NCBI RefSeq assembly: GCF_009914755.1
Contig: NC_060941.1
Reading direction: 5' to 3' (one strand)
From: the human T2T-CHM13v2.0 reference genome, Homo sapiens
Length of the DNA stretch: 64,000 nt
The notes beneath the pieces were generated by a model. It had not been told where the DNA came from. It saw only the letters and a list, made by a program, of their open reading frames with translations, and ran no database searches. A program made the translations under genes and the position numbers. This document shows positions 1-17,261 of the stretch, one piece after another (the stretch's first letter is position 1; each line of letters opens with the position of its first letter).

Positions 1-190
<190 letters not shown>

Positions 191-1174
191 TTAGGGGTTA
201 TTTGTGAGAGTGTGTTTTTAATTTATGCAAAAATCGCTTTTGGTCCATTTTGGTTTCATTGTTCATTTCTAGTTTTATTGAATTATGATAAAAGAATGCA
301 GTCTATAAACTTTGCACTTTTGGTAAATCATTAAAGTTTTCTTTCGGTCAAGTACATCATTGAACTTTTATAAGTGTTCCATAAGCATAAGAAAAAAAAT
401 AACCTTTTTTTGTCATAGAAAGACATGTTGTCTCTATCAGTGTGTTTCTGCAAGCATGTGTGCACTGAATAACCTAATTTTAATTGTATATTACTTTATA
501 GCTTGGGTTGTTCAAACACTAGATAAATCTACTTATATTTTGCTATTTAATTTGTCCAGTTTGAAAGGAGTACAATAAAATTTCCATTTGCAAATGTCCA
601 AATTTCCATTTTTCATCTGGAAATTTGCAATTTCCAAAATGCAATTATAATAAGAAATAATTGCATATTTAAATAAATCTCTCTTTGGATTTTTAGTAGG
701 TCTTCAGACATTATAATATTTAATAAATGGTGCTGGCACGATTTGCTCTCCATTCTAGACAAAAACAAAGCCAGACTCAGCCCATATGCAGCAATTAATT
801 GCATATGAATTAAATATGTAAATGTAAAAATAAAAGCACTAGAAGAAGTCTCAGAAGAATTTAGCTCTAGCGATCTTTCCAAGCAAGCCTACAGAAGTCA
901 AGAATCCATAAAGACACTTTCTGCCACATAAAATTATTAACTATTTATATGACAAAAAGTTGCAAAGTCGAAAGGCAAATGTCAATGGGTATAATGGCAA
1001 AGGTTTCCAGAAAAAATCCCCTTGTGAGCCTAGGCCCTTCCTTTATAGCCCATATTGCAATGAGACTTTCTCTCCTTCATCACATTTAATTGTTTGGAAA
1101 CAATTTGAATTGTTTCTTAAATTAGTTGAAACTTGTAAGACTTACATATATATATATATAGCAGGCTTGTATAC

Positions 1175-1663
1175 CAGCAGTCCCCAACCTTCTTGGCCCC
1201 AGGGACTGGTTTCATGGAAGATAATTCTTCCATGAACTTGCGGCCAGTAGGGGGATAGTTTGGGGATGATTCGAGCACATTACATTTATTATGCACTTTA
1301 TTTCTATTATTATTACATTGTAATATATAACAACATAATTATATAACTCATCATAATGTAGAATCAGTGGGAGGCCTGAGCTTGTTTTCCTACAACTAGG
1401 TGGTCCCATCTGGGGGTGATGGGAGACAGTGACAAATCATCAGGCATTAGATTCTTATAAGCATACAACCAAGATCCCTTGCATGCACAGTTCACAATGG
1501 GGTTCGCACTCCTATGAGAATCTAGTGGCACCACTGATGTGACACTAGGCGGAGCTCAGGCAGTAATGCTCACTTGTCCACCACTCACCTCGCACTGTGC
1601 AGCTCAGTACCTAACAGGTCACAGACCAGTACCAGTCCGCAGCCCGGGGATCGGGGACCCCTG
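1175..1663 (-). mobile_element. MER1A hAT-Charlie non-autonomous DNA transposon
   Basis: Terminal inverted repeats CAGcaGTCCCC/GGGGACCCCTG and perfect 8-bp TSD TTGTATAC (1167-1174, 1664-1671). Confidence 0.93.
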
Positions 1664-2329
1664 TTGTATACCTTGATTAGCAACAGTTTGTACTTATGTA
1701 TACATGTTGTGTTTGAAACTTAAGACAGGGGTTACCCTTTACCAGATCATTTCAAAGAACCAGTGGGTGAACTGGGCCTGGGCAGTCCTGCCTCTGAAGG
1801 CCCAGCAGTCTCCGAAGAATCCCATGCAACTTACAATTAGAAAAGCTAACAAAAGTCAGGGTCCCAGAGCCCATCTCAAGAGCTGAGAGGGACAACCTAA
1901 CACACACCAAGTTCTTGCTGATGACTTATGTACCAGCTGAGAATTGCTGGAATAATTAATAAGGGGGAATAAATAGATTCTTTGGAATATACAGACTCTG
2001 AGAATCACATTCAAGGCCCTTTCCACTGTTAGCATGGTGAGAAGTTGTAACACTTTACTCCGTGTACAGTTAGGGATCCTCTCCTTTCCGCTCCATTATG
2101 ACTAGGAATAAGAAAGATGGCATAGAAGCCTGCTGTGTTTTTTGTACTCAGGCTTGTGAGTCTAGTTTCTACATATAAAAGTCACTCACAGGAAAAAATA
2201 GAATCTGTTCTTAGACATTGGAAATAGACAGTGCATCTTCAATCAAACTAACAGAACTAGTAAAACACTGACAATTCAAATGACAGACAAATGTTGACTC
2301 TCCCAAAATCAAAAAAGGGCCTATAGATC

Positions 2330-2900
2330 AGAAAGGAGAAGACAAGGTAACAGAAAAATGTGCAAAGTCTATAACAAGCAAGCTACAGAACAGAAAAATA
2401 CAAATGACCAATAGGTATATTAAAAGATTCTCACCTTACTACTGATCAAGAAAACACAAATAAAGCAACAATATGTTCCCATTTTTCCCCCTCAAAACTG
2501 GAATAAATTAAAAGAGTCATGGGATCTAGTGCTGGAGAAAATTTCGATGGGCATTGTTGTACATTGTTGGTATGAGTGTAAATTAGTACAACATCCTTGC
2601 AAAATATTCTGGCAATACCCATTATATGTTAGAATATATAGATGTTTGTCCCCACAATCTCACACTGAGAGATCTAATCTATAAAAATAAAAGCATCAAT
2701 GAGATTAGAGTTACAGTGTCATTAATTACAGCATCATCTTTTACAAACATCTTGGAAACAACCTGAGTGTTATTAATTAGGGGACTGCTTAAATCAAGCG
2801 TGATTCAGTTGTACTGGGGAATACTATTCAGGCATTAAAAAGAAAGAGCCAGATCTGTATCTATTGGCCCACAAGATTTTCCAACAATAGTTCTTTAATA
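2330..2900 (+). mobile_element. Old L1M 3' fragment
   Basis: Diverged L1 ORF2-end/3'UTR motifs (gtgtaaattagtacaac, acaacctgagtgt). Confidence 0.6.
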
Positions 2901-2966
2901 ATAATAATTAAGTAGAAAAAATACTAAATAGAATAAAATAGAGAAAGAAAAGACAAATATATAACA

Positions 2967-3880
2967 AAGGTCTAATAACTAGCATATATAAGGAATTTAA
3001 ACAAATTTCAAGAAAAAAAAACCCATTAAAAAGTGGGCAAAGGACACGAACATCTACCTTTCAAGTGAAGACATACACGCAGCCAACAAACATATGAAAA
3101 AAAAAGCTTGATATCACTGATCATTAAAGAAATGCAAATCAAAACCACAATGAGATACCATCTCACACCAGTCAAAACGGCTATTATTAAAAAGTCAAAA
3201 AATAACAGATGCTGGCGAGGTTGTGGAGAAAAGGAACACTTATATACTGTTGGTGGGAGTGTAAATTAGCTCAACCATTGTGGAAAGCAGTATGGCAATC
3301 CCTCAAAGAGCTAAAAATGGAAATACCATTCGACCCAACAATCCCAATACTGGGTATATACCCAGAGGAATAGAAATCATTCTACCATAAACACACATGC
3401 ACGTGAATGTTCACTGAAATGCTATTCACAATAGCAAAGACCTGGAATCAACCTGAACACCCATCAGTGACTGACTGGATAAAGAAAATTTGGTACATAT
3501 GCACCATGGAATACTATGTAGCCATTAAAAAGAATGAGATCATGTCTTTTGCAGGAAGATGGATGGAGCTGGAGACAATTATCCTTAGCAAACTAACACA
3601 GGAATAGAGAAACAAATACCACATGTTCTCACTTATAAATGGGAGCTAAATGATGAGAATTCACAAATGCAAAGAAGGGAACAACAGACACAGGGTCTAC
3701 TTGAGGATTGAGGGTGGGAAGAGGGAGAGGAGCAGAAAAAAAAAAACTATTGGTTACTACGTACCTAGGTACCTAGGGTGATGAAATAGTCTGTACAACA
3801 AACTCCCATTACACAAATTTACCTATATAATAAACATCCACATGTACCCCTGAACCTAAAATAAAAGCTAAAGAGAAAAG
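2967..3880 (+). mobile_element. 5'-truncated L1PA (L1PA15/16-like) 3' end
   Basis: ORF2 C-terminus plus 3'UTR; flanking direct repeat at 2943-2966 and 3881-3904 with 1 mismatch. Confidence 0.92.
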
Positions 3881-4293
3881 GAAAGAAAAGACACATATAT
3901 AACATTTAGAAAAATAAAGGAGCTATAACAATATAGGAAGAAGAATAAGCTTATGAGTATACTATATGCATGTATGTGTACACATATACAAAATAGTAAG
4001 CACACATATACACTACTTGAAAACCTGATTACTACAAAAGTTTAAACATACAGCTTCATTCTTTTCAGTGGTAGAAAACCTGAATAAACAAATATACATG
4101 CAAGTACCTGAAAAAAAGTTGTTCAATATAACTCTTAAAATATACTGGATCAGATGGATTGAACAAACTTTGAAAAACAGATTACATCTCTGCTCTATAA
4201 ATCGTGGTGGAGCAGGGTGGGGGAAATCCCATTGTAGGAAGCTAGCATGACTCTGAGAAAAAATCTAGCAAAAAGCACAAAATATAAAAACTA

Positions 4294-4738
<445 letters not shown>

Positions 4739-5284
4739 TTAAACTTCCAAAAGTTAATCCACTACTGATTAAAATCCAAGAGGTTTTTTGTTGTTATTGT
4801 CAGGGAGTTTTTCAAGAGAGTGGGAGGAAGCAAGGATCATCACTAAAATTCTTAAATTCACCGGAAGAAGAAATATGTAGGAGAAATAGATGAGAACTTA
4901 AAAATATATTTAAGGAATAATAGCAAAAGGGACATATTCCACCAGAAAGCCACATGTACTTAAAATAATTAAAATCAATGTAGTCTCAGTACAGGATTGG
5001 ACAGACAGGTAAAGAATGAGAATAGAAAATCCAGAATGGCACAAGATGAAAAAATTGAGTAAGTGATACACGAAAATTTTCAGCTCTCCATAGAAAGAAT
5101 ACATGTTTCAGAAATGTTATTTTAAAACGTGGTTAGCTGTTTGGAAAAAGATTCTATTCAACCCAGAATTCTAATTTAATTCATTGGTAATCAAAGAAAT
5201 GCAAAGAAAATCAAGGTATTCTAGTTTCTTTGCTTATTATGTCAGGAAAGATACAAATATTGTGGTCAAAAGGATGTTCCCAGT

Positions 5285-5418
5285 GGGGTGCAGTGGCACA
5301 CACCTGCACCTGCAGTCCCAGAGAGTGGGGAGGCTGAAGTGAGAGGATCTCTTGAACCCAGGAGTTTGAGCCTGGGCAACTTAGTGAGACCTTATCTCAA
5401 AAAAAAAAAAAAAAAAAA
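5285..5418 (+). mobile_element. Alu monomer (FLAM-like)
   Basis: Single diverged monomer with A tail. Confidence 0.8.
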
Positions 5419-5750
5419 TATGCTCCCTGTGTTAGTGGGATTAAAAATGCGCACAGACTTTCTGCTGTGCCATGTGACCACATTTAACACTGAAACTGAC
5501 ACAATAATTCCACTTTGAAGAATTTATTAAGAAATAGATGACAATGGACAACCTGTAATAACATTGAAGCGCTACAGAAAATAGATTTTCCTACTAAAAT
5601 AAAATATTATTAAATGAACCCAAGAAGAGTGAAAAAACTGGAACAGAATTTGTACCAGAGAACACATTGGAGAGGTCATCATTGAGCGACTGCTGAAAAA
5701 AAAAAGAACCAGCTTCAAATGATTTTACAGCTCAGTTCACTATATCTTTA

Positions 5751-6185
<435 letters not shown>

Positions 6186-6649
6186 TCACCTCAGTGAATT
6201 TTACAGAGATGGGCAAAAGTCGAGTCCCTGCAATGGCAGCAAATCTGGATCTCTATCTCCATCCCAAAGTGGGGGGCTCCCCTCCGTACTGCAATGTCCC
6301 TTGCCCTACCCCAGGGCACAGAGCTTTCTCCCATCCCAGAGTCCAGCCTTCGGAAAACAAGACCTGGAAGGATCCCTTTGATCCCTGGGATTAGTAAATT
6401 TTCAAAGGAAACTCCCAGCTCTTGGAGCTGAGCTAAAGGCCATGGAGCAAGAATTAAGTGCAAATTTTCTTACCTCATTATCCTGCCAAATTATGTATAC
6501 ATTAATTTCAAAAGAATTTTTCACAAATATTTTCAGAAGTAACCTTTAGTTTCTTGAATTTTTTTATTAATTATAATTTCTTCTTTATCATTGTACATAC
6601 TGTTTGAAGCTCTGAACAATAAACATATTCTTTTATGATAAAAAACAAA

Positions 6650-7810
<1,161 letters not shown>

Positions 7811-8716
7811 CGAAAAGAACTAATAGCCTTTGAGTCTCAGTATTGTTCCAGCATATTACAATGAATATTGTAGATTAGTTTTATAATCTAACAGAATGAG
7901 TGCTTTAAAATACAAAACATTGCAGGACTAGAATACCTAAAGACAAGATGAAATGTAATGAAAAATTAAATGAAAAGTGAGTTTTAGAAATCATCTGTAT
8001 GGAATAATCCCCAATAGCTATAAACACATGTATTCAAATGAGCTGGAAAGAAATATAATAAAAGGTTCACAGCGGTTACTTCTGGAAGACAGAATGACTG
8101 GGGATTTTTATTTCCTCTTTTGAGTTTTCCTACATTACACTCTTTCCACCATTCACATGTGACATTTTTGCAATTAGAAATTTATTAATTAATGACTTGT
8201 TAAAGATGCTGAGCTCTTCAAAGTAAGAGCTGAGGCTCGTGAACATCAATGATACTTACAAACACTTCTATGCAGCTGAATGCCAAAGAAGACGCACATT
8301 AAATAAGGACATGGATTGTGTTCATTGTCTCAGAAACTCGCATCTATTGCAGGGTGATGAAGGTTTGTCTAGAAAGGTTCAACTATGCCTTTTCTCTCCC
8401 ACCCACTGATGATATCCAACAGGAAATTAAAAAGGGGTGGGAGGCAAGGGTTGAATGTTTTACAAGCATTGTGGGCAGTCCTCTGGACAAGAAGGGTCTC
8501 CCCATTGCCACTGAGTGCGGTCACCAGCCAGCAAAGTGCTCCAGCACCTCTAATTAACTCATTCTGCAGAAATTTGGAAGAAAAAGTCAGCAATTTTAGA
8601 AAGGTGCTGACTCAATATTTTACTACAGCTGTACCATGATGTTGATCAAATGGTATCAGTCACTCAATGTAGAAGTGAAATAACAGATTTTTCAAAGAGG
8701 TATTGAGAGCAGATTT

Positions 8717-9090
8717 CCTCACCTTGTGATTTAATCTGACCCAGATACCCACAGTTGGCTTTATTCACAGTTTAGCCACTGTGTTCTTCTGGCTTCTCTT
8801 TACGCGAAATGTACGGAGCTTCCCAGTCTCAACCCAGGACCTCTCCCAGACAGCACTTCCATTGAGCCGCCCGCTGCAGAGATAGCTCCTGAGATAACGC
8901 AGGGAGAAAAGACTGCCCATTCGTCTCTTTTAGGTTGTTTCTTTCTGATATCCAAACATCATTAACGCAGTGAAAAATTCAGTCAAACCAGCTGCGTGGC
9001 TTCATGTCGACGCAGAAGTAAACTCATTTTCCTGAGAGCCAGAGGGGGCCGTGTTTGTCCACTTACACACACACACTCCAGCTGTGCCCA
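8717..9090 (-). promoter_or_regulatory. Candidate promoter / first-exon region
   Basis: About 12 CpGs in 8800-9060 of non-Alu DNA; strong donors CAAG|GTGAGG (8717-8722) and GTAAGT (9061-9066); E-boxes CAGCTG at 8989 and 9079. Confidence 0.3.
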
Positions 9091-9489
9091 CCTCTGGCTT
9101 CTGTGTCAATGGAAATCATTTGTTCAATTTGCTGCCCTAGTGCTGAGTTATCTTAATGCCTGAAAATGCAGATGAGAATCGCTGGTATTCCCATAGCACC
9201 CCTGGCCTTGCCCTGGCTGTTTTCTCCGTGAAGAATGAATGTTCCTGCCCCCTGACTCGTTACTTCCTTTTTTTCTTTCTCTCTCTCTCTCTGTTTTTCC
9301 ATTGGGGAGTCTGGTAAATTCCTAAACTCAATTCAAGAGTCATTTCCTTTCCAAGGCTGTCCCGAATCTATCCCTAGGTGTTCTATCCTTTTGTTACTAT
9401 TTATCTATTTGTACAAGCACATTTGTCCCCCACAATAGACCATGAGTTCTTGAAAGACTAACAGTGGCAACCAGGGGCCACATTCAGTG

Positions 9490-9790
9490 CTTTCTATTGC
9501 ACTAACCACTGTGCTAAGCCCTTGATGTTTCTTACACTTATTATACAATATTGATGATTGCTAATATTTTCATTCTTTATGTAACTCTGCATGCATTAAA
9601 CTTAAAATATTTATATAAATTCTTACAGTAGTCTATAGCTAGATTCTATCATTATTCCCATTATATAGATGCATACACTGAGCTTTAAAGAAATTCATTC
9701 ATTTGCCCAAAGTCACTGGCTAGTTGGTGGTAAGCAGTAGCATAAGCACTGACTACGACTCAATGCTGGCAGTCAACTTCACAGTCTTAA
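9490..9790 (-). mobile_element. MIR fragments
   Basis: attattcccatt...actgag...tttgcccaaagtcac MIR core. Confidence 0.65.
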
Positions 9791-10164
9791 TCATCTTTAT
9801 AGCCCCAGGACCTAGCAGTCTGCCTAAAACATAGAAGCTGTCTAAGATATATTTATGGAACCCATATATGACTCACTTAACAAAACAAGACAAAGACCAC
9901 CTGGATAAGGAAGCAGAAAAGCTTCAGGAAACTTCAGTTTCAATGATACATTCTGGTGACTTCCCTGACCACCCTCTTATTGGCTTCTGTAACAGCCTGG
10001 AGATCACTCACCACATCCTGTACAATCCCGTATTTATTTATCTGCCTGCTCATTAGTTCAACTGTCTGCCTCCACTAGTTGACCATAAAGTCCATAAGGA
10101 GCTTTGTAACCACAGCATCCCTGGTGCCTGGGATGCTTTCTCTCACTCAATAAAAACTAAGTGA

Positions 10165-10454
<290 letters not shown>

Positions 10455-10549
10455 CTAAGTGAATGAATGAAGGCATGAATGAAATGCAGCTCCTGCTCAC
10501 CTCTCTATACAGTGTTTTTGAAATGAATAATGCCAAAAGCTCTCCCTAG

Positions 10550-10880
<331 letters not shown>

Positions 10881-12489
10881 TCACTCACTAAACATGATCT
10901 GTGTTTTTGGTTTTTTTTTTCCTTGCTTCTCCCTACTACAGGACAATTAAATGAGCATGCGCTGTGGTTAGATGCCACAATTGAGAAATTAACTCTGACT
11001 GGTTTTCTCAGGAGTAAACCAGTAAATTCCACAAAAGAGTAAGCCTCCTGCAAGCTTTGTCCTCCCCAAGGGCCTTGAGTCCTGGAGGTCTGGTTTGATT
11101 TGACTTTTTGACTTTTGACACTTATTTATCCTCAAGTATCCTGAAGCAATAACCTTTTACAATTTTCTTTTCCTTTCCTACCACCACAATATTGGTTCAG
11201 ATCCTTGCCTTACATTAAGGCTGTGTAAATAACCTTGCCATAAATCAGAGGACTTCAGATAGGAGGGGAATTTGATAGTCGATCAATATCACACCCCTTC
11301 TCCTCACCTCTTCTGAGAAAACCACGAAGCCCAGAGCTATAAAGTGACTTAGATGATGACACCAGAGGGACAAGTAGAACCCAGGCTCCTGGCCTTCTGG
11401 CCTGTGTCCTGTTTCCACACCCTGCCTTTCATTTTGAGGCTTAATCTCTCATCTCTTAAGGCCACTTCATAGTCTGTCTCTTTTCTATGTTAATAAGCAG
11501 AACTAGGCTTGCTCAAGAATATAGGAAATTGCACATTTATAAGACATCAGATTGATTGTGAGCTGTGCAAAGCAAAAAGATTACATTTCCTATAAATCTG
11601 TTTCCACTCAGTCCCGGCCAGGCCAAGCCAGTAGCTCACATTTTGTGGCCATTCCCACCGCCCTGTGGCGGAGGCCTGGTACTGCACACATGGCATGAAA
11701 CAACCCCCAACAAGCAGCAGGCTGCAACTGGCTTGAAGGTATTTATGCAAGTCGATCTTGACCCACGTTTTTTTCTATGTCCATGAATGGAGCCATATCG
11801 GCCTGACTTGAGCATTATTGTTGCTGAGATACAAGAAGGTTGCAGAGGAAGTAGAAGAGGTAAATCCCTCTAAAATTCATGACTTTTATTTCATGAGGAT
11901 CATAAAAGGCCATTGAGAACCATCCTAAGAACCTGCTCATTATAAATCACGCTCTTTAGAAACTACTTTGGAATCTCTGCATCCCTACACCTGTCTCTGA
12001 GCTCCACATGTGGAATCTCCCCAGACCCCATGACCTTCATACACATTTCACCATTTCCCAGAGCCAGATTTTTATCACACAACCAGAATCCCGATTGTCA
12101 GTTGCATTAACAACAGATCAAAAAGATGTTTTTTAAAAAAAAACCCATATTGGTTCATAGTCTCAGAGGTAACACTGATATACACAGGCCTATGTGATTG
12201 TTTATAGTGGCTCTGGTACCATCTAGAATTTCAGGAAATTTAATTTATAGATATTGTAGAAATATAGAAGATGAAAACATACCTTACATGAATGTCACCC
12301 CCTTTCAAGTTGTGAACTAATTATTACGATATATGAGTATATGTCATAGGCAGAGCATCTATGAATAGATTTAAAAGTCACCCCCAAATCATACCAGTTC
12401 ATCTGCATTTACTGATATATACAGTGCTCATTAGGAATGGCCTGTGGTTCATGTGAATGGATACAAGAACTCATAAGTGAGGACGGCTT

Positions 12490-12930
12490 CTTCCAGAAGA
12501 ATCAAGAGTGGCTGAAAAAGTAAGACCATTTGTTATTTCAAACAACAAGAGGTCCAGAAGCAGTATGTTTTCAAAATTAGCTCAACACTGTCATTAAGGA
12601 CCCAAGTTCTTTTTCTTTTTCTACCCCAGCCCCCATACTCAAGGTATTAGCTTGACCCTCATGATCATGTAGACACAGCAAGGCCCTGTTGAAAAGAGGG
12701 ACATTTGCACCTCTGTGTCTCTTTTATTAGAAGAGAATACCTTTCCCAAAAGTCTCCAGCAGACTCATCCTGGGTTCCCATTGGCCAGGATTGGTCACAT
12801 GCTGTGTCTTAGCTGCAAGAGAAGTTGGAAAAGTACTCCACAGGTATCCCTATTGTAGGAGGTGGGTCCTGCCAATGAATAGGGGGATGAGTTGTTAAAT
12901 GACTGTAGAGTAGACCACTAATTACACTAC
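12490..12930 (-). mobile_element. MaLR LTR (MLT1K/L-like)
   Basis: cattggccaggattggtcacatg...agctgcaagagaag motif typical of old MLT1 LTRs. Confidence 0.6.
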
Positions 12931-13071
12931 CAATAAGTGTTACCTTTTCATAGCCCAACCAAGTAGTTACAGATTGTCTCTTTTCTTTTTATTCTCAAGT
13001 GATCAGTATTGCAATTTGAACTCTTTCCCTGTAAGCATCATCTTTCTATTGCATGGAATACTTTTCTCTCT

Positions 13072-13369
13072 GTACATACACATACATATACACACATACA
13101 CATACACAGTGCATATATGCACATATATACACATACATATACACATACACATATACACATGTGTACACACATATACTCACAAAAACACATACATGTACAT
13201 ACATATACATATACACCCATACACATACATACCCATACACACATACATATACATACATGCATACCTACATACATATACACATGTGCACAAACATACACAG
13301 TACACGCATACATGTACACATATACACATGTACACATATATGCATATACATGTGCATATACACACACAT
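13072..13369. repeat. Degenerate (CA/TA)n purine-pyrimidine low-complexity repeat
   Basis: About 300 bp of CATA/CACA units; source of several spurious ORFs. Confidence 0.95.
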
Positions 13370-13379
13370 GGCTTCACTG

Positions 13380-13515
13380 CATTCATTCAGCAAGCAAATA
13401 CATATTATGTCTATTAGGAGCCAGACATATTGCTAGATGCTGAGGATACAATAGTAAATCGGGTGGGCATGGTTTCCACCCTCACAGAACTTATGTCCAG
13501 GAAGGAGAGATACCC
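13380..13515 (-). mobile_element. L2 3' end fragment
   Basis: cattcattcagcaagcaaata...tgctagatgctgaggataca. Confidence 0.7.
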
Positions 13516-14791
13516 AGGTCGTAGGTAATGGCAGGCTGTGATGGAGCGATGAGGAATAAGATGGATGGGGAGTGGCCTCATGTAGAGTACTGAAAGGCCA
13601 GGTGGGCAGCCAGGGGGTCAATTCCTTCCACCCCTCCTTGGCCTGAGACAGGGCACACGTAGTGTCCACCTTCCCTACCCCAGGCAGTGGGGAAGCTCTG
13701 TGGCTCTGAGCACTCGGCAGTTGGCCAACCTGGGGAGTGCAGATGAGAGCCAGGAAGCTTTGGGTGACCTTAGGAGCAGCAGGAGGGACAGAGATCGACA
13801 AGCAAATTTGGGAGGTAGAAGAGATGAGAAGAAGTTAGAGGGCAAGAGGGGAGACGAGTAAGTAGACCGAGAAGAAGGAGACTTTGTAAGAAGGGCAGTG
13901 TTTCCAAAATACCTTGACACTGGGATTTGACAGCACAGGAGGAGATGAGCCAGAAGTGGGTGACAGAGTAGCCTGCCCATCCTGGGACTGGGCCTGAAGA
14001 CAGCTAGGTATGGCCTTGGTCTTCTGTTCCAAATAGTTCCCCCAAACAGGCAACCTCCTAGCAGCAGCCAACACCTCTTTTCCCTTGGGATTTGAGGGAA
14101 CAAGCGCTCACTTGTTGTACCCAAGGCCCCTTCAACCACAGATAACATACAAGGAGCACATGAGGTTGAGCTTTAAGAATGGCTGTAAGCACTGACAAGG
14201 AATCATTTTAGGAGCAGGGTAAGAAGGCCTTTTTCCCAAAGCATGCCTTCTCTTCAGCTTGCAGCCCACTGAAATTGTTCAGATCAAGTCATGGCTTTTC
14301 ATTACTTAAAGAAAAATAAAAGAATTCAAGATTCTGAGGTCTGAACAAGATCCTTTTGAGATTACCTCCAGATAATCTTGGGCCTGGGGGACTGGACCAG
14401 GAGAAGGTTGTAGGGATGGGAAGGAGTAGCCTGGAGCCATTGGACCAGAAGAGTGCAGAGCTGGAGACAGGGAGACCTGAGAAGGAGCTTTCCAAAACAG
14501 AAATGTTAAAATCTTAGCCATCGGTAGAACCAACTCCACCATCAACAGGTAATGTTCCATAAAAAGAAGAGTTCAGTTCTAAGCCCACAGGGCTGAAGCC
14601 AAGAACATCAGCCCAGAACCAAGGGGAGGGAACAGAGCTTAGAGTATGTGGATTTCATATTTAAACCGGATACTCATCCACAGCAAAATCCCAGAAACCC
14701 AGATGCTGGGAATCATGAAGCGCATCAATTGCCAATTGTTGTCTTGGTTTCACTGAGATTTTACGTTGGGTAAGTTATCTAATTTCTCTGA

Positions 14792-15171
<380 letters not shown>

Positions 15172-16149
15172 CAGTTTCTTCTTTAAAATGGGGCCGTGGA
15201 CATTCACCTAGTGAGATGAAGGCGTTACAGGTATGCAGGTTGTGGGGTTGCTGGATGTTGTAGCCACTTCTTTGAGAAATACTAAAGTTTTCCAGACCGA
15301 GGAAAAGGTTATCTATTTGTCTACAGCTCTGGAGCTTTTGGCTAGTGCTTCTGGGTTCAAAATCTCTTAGCTGTGTCTCCGCTTAAGGATAACTCTCCTG
15401 GGATTCTTTATAATTCCATGAGGTTGCTCGCCTCACACTTGTCAGCAATCTCGCTACCTCAATGAGCAGTTTCTTCTGTGAAAAAGAAATGAGGTTTTCA
15501 AATCCACCTGAACAGGAAAAGGGGCAGCCCAGACCCCCAGGGAATCGCCTAATTGGCAGCTCAGCCCCTACCCCCAAGTCCCCACAGGCCCGCAGCCCAT
15601 CTGCTCCTGAACCGACTCCAGTCCCTGGACTTCTTCCCAGGTCCTAAACTACTTAAAAACTCCTTAGACAGAATGTTTCTTTTAAAACAGATTATCATCC
15701 ATTTCTCCCCCACACTCCCCCATGAAAGGGCTCCCGAGTTTTGATTGTTTTTTTCTTTTTATGATGAATGAATTCTATCGTGTGTGTGTGTTTTTTTTTT
15801 GATGAATGAATTCTATCATGTGTGTGTGTGTATAATGTATAATGTATTGACATAGAGGGATCTCCCTAGTTTTCTCATAAATGAATTATATAATGTAGTT
15901 ATATATAACTGGAAAATGTATAATTATACAATATATGTAGTTATAATTAGCTATATGCCTCCTCACAAGAATGAGAGCTCTTTGAGGACAAGGATGTGTT
16001 TTCTCCATCTCTCTGTTTCTATAGCTAAGTTTTAAAATACATGCAAATTAAATGAATGAACCTGTCACAAACTTGTTGTGAAAATGAATATCTATTATAA
16101 ATTTTTTAAAAGGACATTTAAATAGTTTTAAAGTAATAAAGCCATCAGT

Positions 16150-16800
16150 TTTCTATAACAAATCAGGAAAGAAATGATTTCTAATCTTCATGTTATTTCT
16201 AGCAGATCACAAAGTTCAGACCCATAAAGAAAAAGATGAATAAATGTGAACACAGAAAAGTCTTTAAATATTCGTATTATCGGAAAATGAAATTATAAAC
16301 AAAATCAAAAGTAAACAACAAACTGAACAAAAACAAGACCAATACACAGGAGGGGCAGATGGTAATTCCCTTCATTTGCAAAGCATTTATACAAATCAAT
16401 ATAACAAGGTGAACAAGCAAATGGAATAATGAGCATGGGACACAGCAGCTTACAGAAAAGAAGAAATACAGTGGCCATGAATGATCTTAAAATGAGCTAA
16501 CTCATTCTTAATCAGTGAATTGAAAATACAACTACATACAATTTTCAGCATTCACATTGGCATTTTAAAATTTTGCTAATACGCCATGTGAATTAGATTG
16601 TGATAAAAGAAGTACTCTCACACGTATACCTGCACAACTTCCAGAGGGAAATGCAGCTGTTTCAATCTGTGTTTAAAATGCACATACCCTTTGGTCCAGA
16701 ATCTTACTGGTAGAAATAGTCATTATGGATATGGTTTTTTAATACCATCAAATATAAAATACACAAAAGATTCTTCTTGCAAGCATTGTTTATAAGCAAT
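16150..16800 (+). mobile_element. Old L1ME-like 3' fragment
   Basis: Diverged A-rich L1 ORF2-end motifs. Confidence 0.55.
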
Positions 16801-16959
16801 GAAAGGCTTAATTGTTTGCTTTTTCATAGCTTATGTTGAGCTAATGAGTTTCATAAAATTAAACCGAATTGTAGGAGTGTTCTGTGCTGGAAAACTTGGT
16901 AACTGGCACATAGGTTCATCACAAAATTAACACTTTGTTACTTAAGAAATAGCTATATA

Positions 16960-17261
<302 letters not shown>

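Noticed and set aside
8500-8570. Y RNA / small RNA pseudogene
   Set aside because: Only the GGCTGGT start matches on the minus strand; no body similarity, tail or TSD.
9030-9055. CTCF site (gccagagggggc)
   Set aside because: Several mismatches at informative 5' positions of the core motif.
12974-13443. His/Thr/Tyr-rich ORFs of 109-147 aa
   Set aside because: Artefact of the CA/TA low-complexity repeat, which lacks stop codons.
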